Below are positions 7,705 through 11,544 of a stretch of DNA of 11,544 nt, piece by piece. This DNA comes from a bacterium (GTDB lineage Bacteria; UBP7; UBA6624). The first letter of the stretch is position 1; each line of letters begins with the position of its first letter. The translations under genes were made by a program, and so were the position numbers. Location: positions 10,573 through 22,116 of the forward strand of contig PBAU01000001.1 of assembly GCA_002716355.1 (NCBI GenBank). Reading direction: 5' to 3'. The notes under the pieces were generated by a model, which worked only from the letters and a program-made list of their open reading frames with translations, was not told the origin of the DNA and ran no database searches.

Positions 7705-8697
7705 TTAGGTTACTATTGCTCCGTGCAAAAACCATTTAATTGTTTCAGCCTTAGGTAAATGGTTTGTTAAAAAATCAGTACAAACTTTTAAAGGGTGAAC
7801 TAATCTTTCCCATTTTGGGCTTGGATAAGAAACAGGATTTCTTAAACTGAAAACCAATCTCGAAACCTCATCCACGCTTCCGGGGTCAAGAGGCATTCCT
7901 TCGTATACTTCAGGTCTGATTAAACCAAAATTAGCCGAATGTGCACGAGGTTGCCTAATTCTCAAAAACCAACTTGTAATTTCATCTTTCTGTGGGGTTG
8001 AATATGAAAACAATGCACTTCTTTCAGAATAACCGAGGCTAAGAATATTACGTTGTGTCTCTGGTGTAAAAAATAAAGGATGATTGTCTTTACATAAACC
8101 AACAGCACAGGGGATAGGTTTTGGAAGATGTGCTAAAGATCCATCTACTAAAATTTTTTCTTTATATTTTTTCTCCTCTGCCCATTCGTAAAGATGATTG
8201 GACTCGAGCTTGTGACGTTGCTGTCTGGCCCTCATGACTGCAGCATACCTTTGCGCACCAAAATAACCTGTTTTCTCACCAGTGTCTAAAAAACCTTTTG
8301 GAAGATCGGATCCCAACAAAGACTTAGAAACTAATGCAAACTCCTCAATTCTGGGTTGCCCCCACATTTCAAAATTTCCATTTCTAAAACCAATAATTAA
8401 ACTTGCAATAATTGAATAATGAACTGTTACCGGATTGCTCCCAAAATCAAAAGTTCCTATTAAAAATGTTTTTTGAACTCCATCAGTAAACCATCTAATA
8501 GCTAGATCTTGATTTTCAGATTTTGCAATTTTTAAATCCTGAATCATCCCTCCCTCATGAACAGTTGTAACGTCTCTCAAATCCAATCGCTGTGGAGCAA
8601 AAGAGGCCTCTTCTATTTGATCTGCTGAGGCAATTTCACCACCACTCTCAACTAGGAAATTCTTAATATTAGCAAGTGTATCTGTTAGAAATGTCAT
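7705..8697 (-). CDS. nurA: NurA-like nuclease (RNase H-like fold), partner of the adjacent HerA-like ATPase
   Basis: 330 aa. Order and spacing of short motifs fit the NurA domain: an early acidic strand (IRWFTDGVQ, D72), an Arg/Glu helix (MRARQQRHKLESNHL, E165) about 20 aa before the hallmark ILVDGSL (D185, nt 8143..8145), and a C-terminal SYPSP...RLVHPL (Y291/H301). It lies 18 bp upstream of a HerA-type ATPase, the canonical pairing. The assignment rests on motifs only and is unverified. Confidence 0.55.
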   Translation of the reverse strand: MTFLTDTLANIKNFLVESGGEIASADQIEEASFAPQRLDLRDVTTVHEGGMIQDLKIAKSENQDLAIRWFTDGVQKTFLIGTFDFGSNPVTVHYSIIASLIIGFRNGNFEMWGQPRIEEFALVSKSLLGSDLPKGFLDTGEKTGYFGAQRYAAVMRARQQRHKLESNHLYEWAEEKKYKEKILVDGSLAHLPKPIPCAVGLCKDNHPLFFTPETQRNILSLGYSERSALFSYSTPQKDEITSWFLRIRQPRAHSANFGLIRPEVYEGMPLDPGSVDEVSRLVFSLRNPVSYPSPKWERLVHPLKVCTDFLTNHLPKAETIKWFLHGAIVT

Positions 8698-8703
8698 TCC
8701 TTT

Positions 8704-10050
8704 CTATTGTAATCTAGCAATGTGCGGCAATTTTTCCCCAGTTTCAACAATTGCACCATTTGCAATAATTGAATACGAATCATTCACAAACCCTTCCAGA
8801 TTACCTGAATAATCTGAAAGCCTGACATCAACATCAACACAAAAAACATCATTACCTTCCTCTAGGGAGCCTAGGATTTTCCCGGAACCTTCCCAACCTT
8901 TTACAACAACCTCTTCATTATCCTGAGTTTTAATCAAAATTGCCCCCGGTCTATTACCTGATGGTTTTTGCACATTGAGAACATTACCTTTTATTGATTT
9001 AGAGCGACCTTGTTTTTGCCAAGGTGTATCTTGAATATACTGATGATAAGAACCGCACCAGGGTTTTGCATCACACCATTTACAGTTATTTTCAGATGGC
9101 CTTGCTTCAAATAAAGACTCTGGTGATCCTGATTGCTGCTTAATTGCAGTAGCTGTATCGTTAAGGGTTAAAATCCAGCCATTAATAGACTCTTGATCGA
9201 GTTCCAGCTTTTTGATTTGTTGTGACCCAGTGTACCAAAACTCTACAGCGATAGGCATGTTGTCAAATCTTTCAGAAGCCAAATGTGCATACAGCCATCC
9301 TTGCAATTCGTGATTAAAATCAATTTCATTTTTCTTTGCCTTCCCAGTTTTGTAATCGACAATTTTGACATTATTATTTTCATCAACAAAAATCGCATCA
9401 ATAATTCCGCCCAATATGCCATCTTCTGAAAAAATACATGATTCGGTTTCAGTCGGGCCAAGTAACCGAACTGAATCCTTGTCCATTTTCCCATCAGTCA
9501 TATTATGAATAACCCAAATAATTTGATCCAAAATATCATCTCTTTTAGAGTCATCCCATTTGCCTTTTTTTCGTGCAGATGTCTCAAAGCGAGCTTTATA
9601 TTTATCCCAATAATCCATCAAAAGTGCCTTGATGTATGAGGATGGTTTTGCTTTGTCTAAGTCACATTGAAACAAAGCCTCTAAAACCGCATGAGCGACA
9701 CTGCCACGGTATAAAGCGGGGCTAACCATAGTTGGAATTTTTTTCTCGTAAGAAAAATAATACTGTTTTGGACACAGCAAATATTGGCTTGCTTTAGAAA
9801 AAGACAAACTGCCTTTTTGCCAGCGTTTCCGTGTTGGTAATTTTGGTATATCAACCCTTTCTGCTAATATTTCTGGCAATGGGTTGTTTTTAACGAACCA
9901 AGACTCCACATGCAAGATACCCGTTTCATCTGGGCCATCTACAACCTTTTTAGGAAACCATTTTTTAAAATTATCGTCTATTCGTACAATATAAACAGCT
10001 TTTTCTGTTTCTCTTTCGGTGTGCCACATTCCTTTTTGCTGTTTTTTCAT
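8704..10050 (-). CDS. Cas4/AddB-type PD-(D/E)XK nuclease with 4-Cys Fe-S cluster signature, N-terminal extension and C-terminal OB-fold-like domain
   Basis: 448 aa. N-terminal Cys in ASQYLLCPKQYYFSY (C93, nt 9772..9774). Motif I is GSVAHAVLE. The nuclease core is GGIIDAIFVD (D218) ... VKIVDYKTGK (D232, K234). QxxxY is QGWLYAHL. The C-terminal CKWCDAKPWC (C323/C326/C332, nt 9055..9084) completes the C-Xn-C-X2-C-X5-C pattern of Cas4/AddB iron-sulfur nucleases. About 85 aa precede the core and about 100 aa follow it. No SD precedes ATG 10050, and an alternative ATG lies at codon 8 (10029..10027). Confidence 0.8.
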   Translation of the reverse strand: MKKQQKGMWHTERETEKAVYIVRIDDNFKKWFPKKVVDGPDETGILHVESWFVKNNPLPEILAERVDIPKLPTRKRWQKGSLSFSKASQYLLCPKQYYFSYEKKIPTMVSPALYRGSVAHAVLEALFQCDLDKAKPSSYIKALLMDYWDKYKARFETSARKKGKWDDSKRDDILDQIIWVIHNMTDGKMDKDSVRLLGPTETESCIFSEDGILGGIIDAIFVDENNNVKIVDYKTGKAKKNEIDFNHELQGWLYAHLASERFDNMPIAVEFWYTGSQQIKKLELDQESINGWILTLNDTATAIKQQSGSPESLFEARPSENNCKWCDAKPWCGSYHQYIQDTPWQKQGRSKSIKGNVLNVQKPSGNRPGAILIKTQDNEEVVVKGWEGSGKILGSLEEGNDVFCVDVDVRLSDYSGNLEGFVNDSYSIIANGAIVETGEKLPHIARLQ

Positions 10051-10075
10051 ATGAATTAATGATAAAGTAGATTAG

Positions 10076-10579
10076 ATGAAAACTCATACACGTTTAGGTT
10101 TTTCATTTCTGACTCTATTGGTGCTAATTTGGTTGATTTTTTCATCATTTGATAACAAACATCTATACTTTGGGTTACTAGTAATTATGCTTAGTTACAA
10201 CTGGTGCAAAAAGATATTATTTATTTCTACTTCTAAAAATAAATTTTATATTTTTGATTTAAACTGGATTGCTTTAGCTGAGTATATGCTTTGGCTTTGT
10301 TGGCAAATTTTCATTGCAAACATCCATGTTGCAAAAATAATACTATCAAATAAAAACGATTTAGATCCACAGGTCATGATTTTTAAATCGGATTTAAAAC
10401 ACCCATTGGCAAAGTCGCTACTAGCTAACTCAATAACATTGACACCTGGAACAATTACATTGAATGTTTTTGCTGACAACTTTGAAGTTCACGCGCTAAA
10501 TGAAGAATTCACCCACCTGATAAAAGTTGGAGAGCTAAATAAAAAAATAGCTAAAATTTTTAAAGTTAAAAATGATTGA
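10076..10579 (+). CDS. mrpE: Mrp/Mnh-type cation/proton antiporter subunit E (MbhA-like)
   Basis: 167 aa with two N-terminal TM helices. Hallmark LLANSITLTPGTITL followed by FEVHAL. ANIHVAKIIL precedes it, as in MnhE proteins. Confidence 0.85.
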   Translation: MKTHTRLGFSFLTLLVLIWLIFSSFDNKHLYFGLLVIMLSYNWCKKILFISTSKNKFYIFDLNWIALAEYMLWLCWQIFIANIHVAKIILSNKNDLDPQVMIFKSDLKHPLAKSLLANSITLTPGTITLNVFADNFEVHALNEEFTHLIKVGELNKKIAKIFKVKND

Positions 10580-10829
10580 ACTAATTATTATTATCATTTT
10601 GGCTGTATTGCCGTTAAAACTTCTTGTAAAGGGTTCATCACCCTATGAAAGATTAATTGGCTTAAATGTTTTCAGCAACAAGGTCCTGGTTTTAATCCTG
10701 TTGCTGGGTTTAAGTTATGGGAAGATCGGTTTTTTTATCGATGTAGCAATAGGTTATGCATTGTTAAATTTCGTAGGGGTTGTAGTTCTGACAAGGTTTT
10801 TAAGAATGAGGGAGGAAAGCAATGGTTGA
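10572..10829 (+). CDS. mrpF: Mrp/Mnh-type antiporter subunit F
   Basis: 85 aa, three predicted TM helices. Has the G-x-x-P-Y-E/D-R-L-I-G-L-N pattern and the IDVAIGYALLNFVGVVVLTRFL tail typical of MnhF. Overlaps mrpE by 8 nt. Confidence 0.75.
   Translation: MIELIIIIILAVLPLKLLVKGSSPYERLIGLNVFSNKVLVLILLLGLSYGKIGFFIDVAIGYALLNFVGVVVLTRFLRMREESNG
10811..10815 (+). promoter_or_regulatory. Shine-Dalgarno (GGAGG) for mrpG
   Basis: GAGGGAGGAAAGCA-ATG, with 6-nt spacing to ATG 10822. Confidence 0.6.
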
Positions 10830-11121
10830 GTTATTGTCCGGCATCACCCTTTGGTTAGGTTTATTTTTTCTAGCAATCGGCAGCATTGGCATAATTAAAA
10901 TGCCAGACATTTATTGCAAGCTGCACGCTAGTGGAAAGTGTGATACATTGGGTATATTTCTTGCTTTTTCCGGCATATCGATGCAAGCAGATAACTGGCA
11001 TCAAATTTTAAAAATATTTCTTATGCTGATTTTTATTGCTATTGCCAATCCAACATCAGCTCATCTTGTTGGCAGAACCGCTAAGCATTCAAATATAAAA
11101 TTTTGGAAAAAATCAAAATGA
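10822..11121 (+). CDS. mrpG: Mrp/Mnh-type antiporter subunit G
   Basis: 99 aa. IGSIGIIKMPDIYCKLHASGKCDTLG and ANPTSAHLVGRTA match the MnhG signature (G-x-x-R-x-P-D-x-Y-x-R-x-H and P-x-x-A-H-x-x-x-R-A-A). Overlaps mrpF by 8 nt. Confidence 0.85.
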   Translation: MVELLSGITLWLGLFFLAIGSIGIIKMPDIYCKLHASGKCDTLGIFLAFSGISMQADNWHQILKIFLMLIFIAIANPTSAHLVGRTAKHSNIKFWKKSK

Positions 11122-11360
11122 TTTTTGAACTAAATGTTTTTCTATATTTGGTGTTATTTGCACTTGCAATAGTAGCATTAAAAAATAAAGATCTTGTGGT
11201 TTCGGCAATATCACTGGGTGGTTTCTCTTTTTGCATGGCAATACTATATTCCTCTTTGGGCGCTGTGGATGTTGGATTAACCGAAGCGGTAATAGGTGCA
11301 GGTGTCAATAGTGTAATTGTTGTAGCTGCAATATGGCATCTAAGGACAAGCAAACAATGA
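11118..11360 (+). CDS. DUF4040 membrane subunit (MrpA C-terminal / MnhB N-terminal domain, MbhD-like)
   Basis: The track starts this ORF at TTG 11103. ATG 11118 forms an ATGA overlap with the mrpG stop (11119..11121), matching the ATGA/8-nt overlap style of the operon, so it is preferred. The product MIFELNVFLYLVLFALAIVALKNKDLVVSAISLGGFSFCMAILYSSLGAVDVGLTEAVIGAGVNSV fits the DUF4040 pattern (...A-x-D-V-x-L-T-E-A-x-V-G-A-G...). Confidence 0.7.
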   Translation: MIFELNVFLYLVLFALAIVALKNKDLVVSAISLGGFSFCMAILYSSLGAVDVGLTEAVIGAGVNSVIVVAAIWHLRTSKQ

Positions 11361-11544
11361 AAATTAAAAATCTATTTACCCTTGTCCTGTTTGGCTTAGT
11401 TCTTTTATTCGCCCAAAAAGATATCCCGCATTTTGGAGAATCTGGACCAATTCATCAAAAAATAAACACTGTTTATCTAGATGAAACATATGAAAAGACA
11501 CACACTAAAAACATAATCACAGCCGTACTTGCAGATTGGAGAGG
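11357..11544 (+). CDS. MnhB/MrpB-like antiporter subunit, N-terminal fragment that runs off the right edge
   Basis: Not in the supplied track because it is edge-truncated. ATG 11357 overlaps the previous stop (ATGA). It translates to MKIKNLFTLVLFGLVLLFAQKDIPHFGESGPIHQKINTVYLDETYEKTHTKNIITAVLADWR. NIITAVLADWRG is the start of the N-x-V-T-A-I-L-x-D-x-R-G-x-D-T-x-G-E block conserved in MnhB-type subunits. Confidence 0.7.
   Translation, partial: MKIKNLFTLVLFGLVLLFAQKDIPHFGESGPIHQKINTVYLDETYEKTHTKNIITAVLADWR

Noticed and set aside
6577-7758. Track ORFs 6577..6777(+), 7227..7487(-, alternative frame) and 7543..7758(+).
   Set aside because: All are nested in or overlap the HerA-like gene or the HerA/NurA junction. 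Their products are low-complexity, and the long frame carries the conserved ATPase motifs.
8698-8703. AAAGGA directly abutting ATG 8697, with the same AAAGGA-ATG at 10030..10035 before the internal ATG 10029, considered as Shine-Dalgarno sites.
   Set aside because: Zero spacing to the start codon is outside the functional SD window (about 5-9 nt), so these were not annotated as RBS. The recurrence may be a coincidence of Lys/Gly codons.
9243-9494. Track ORF 9243..9494(-) in an alternative frame of the Cas4-like gene.
   Set aside because: It overlaps the segment that encodes the catalytic D-x(n)-D-x-K core in the main frame. There is no independent support.
8704-10050. Interpreting the Cas4-like gene as evidence of a CRISPR-Cas locus.
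   Set aside because: No repeat-spacer array, cas1, cas2 or effector gene occurs anywhere in the 11.5 kb. Cas4-type nucleases are common outside CRISPR (AddB, phage and stand-alone forms).
5905-10050. Calling the trio a mobile defence island.
   Set aside because: No integrase, transposase, tRNA attachment site, flanking direct repeats, or neighbouring restriction-modification or toxin-antitoxin genes are present. There is also no visible compositional shift, and the HerA-like gene is translationally coupled to housekeeping genes. A defence function is kept only as an open alternative in the findings.
11103-11117. TTG start at 11103 for the DUF4040 gene, as given in the ORF track.
   Set aside because: ATG 11118 forms an ATGA stop/start overlap with mrpG, the pattern also seen at 11357..11360. 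The extra MEKIK residues add nothing recognisable. The ATG start is preferred but not proven.
10246-11353. Track ORFs 10246..10479(-) and 11081..11353(-).
   Set aside because: They are antisense to mrpE and to the mrpG/DUF4040 genes, which have clear family signatures and operon-style overlaps.

Overview
AT-rich, almost fully coding bacterial window from a diderm organism (LPS genes are present). No rRNA, tRNA, CRISPR array, transposase or integrase was seen. Nine tightly packed or overlapping genes on the minus strand run from 10050 down to the left edge: Cas4-like Fe-S PD-(D/E)XK nuclease, NurA-like nuclease, HerA-like ATPase, enoyl-CoA hydratase, DUF3084-like membrane coiled-coil protein, metG, a D-2-hydroxyacid dehydrogenase, an LpxL/HtrB-family lipid A acyltransferase, and an edge-truncated kdsA-like gene that the ORF track misses. 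Only 25 bp away, an Mrp/Mbh-type cation/proton antiporter module diverges on the plus strand. Its order is mrpE, mrpF, mrpG, a DUF4040 subunit, then an edge-truncated MnhB-like gene that the track also misses. The stretch most worth a second look is 5905..10050. There a Cas4-like nuclease with extra N-terminal and OB-fold-like C-terminal domains sits directly upstream of a NurA/HerA pair whose ATPase has a non-canonical P-loop. This looks like a self-contained two-nuclease plus translocase DNA-end-processing machine. Its role (repair or anti-phage) cannot be settled from sequence, and the housekeeping context argues against a mobile defence island. All family calls rest on motifs read by eye, since no searches were run.
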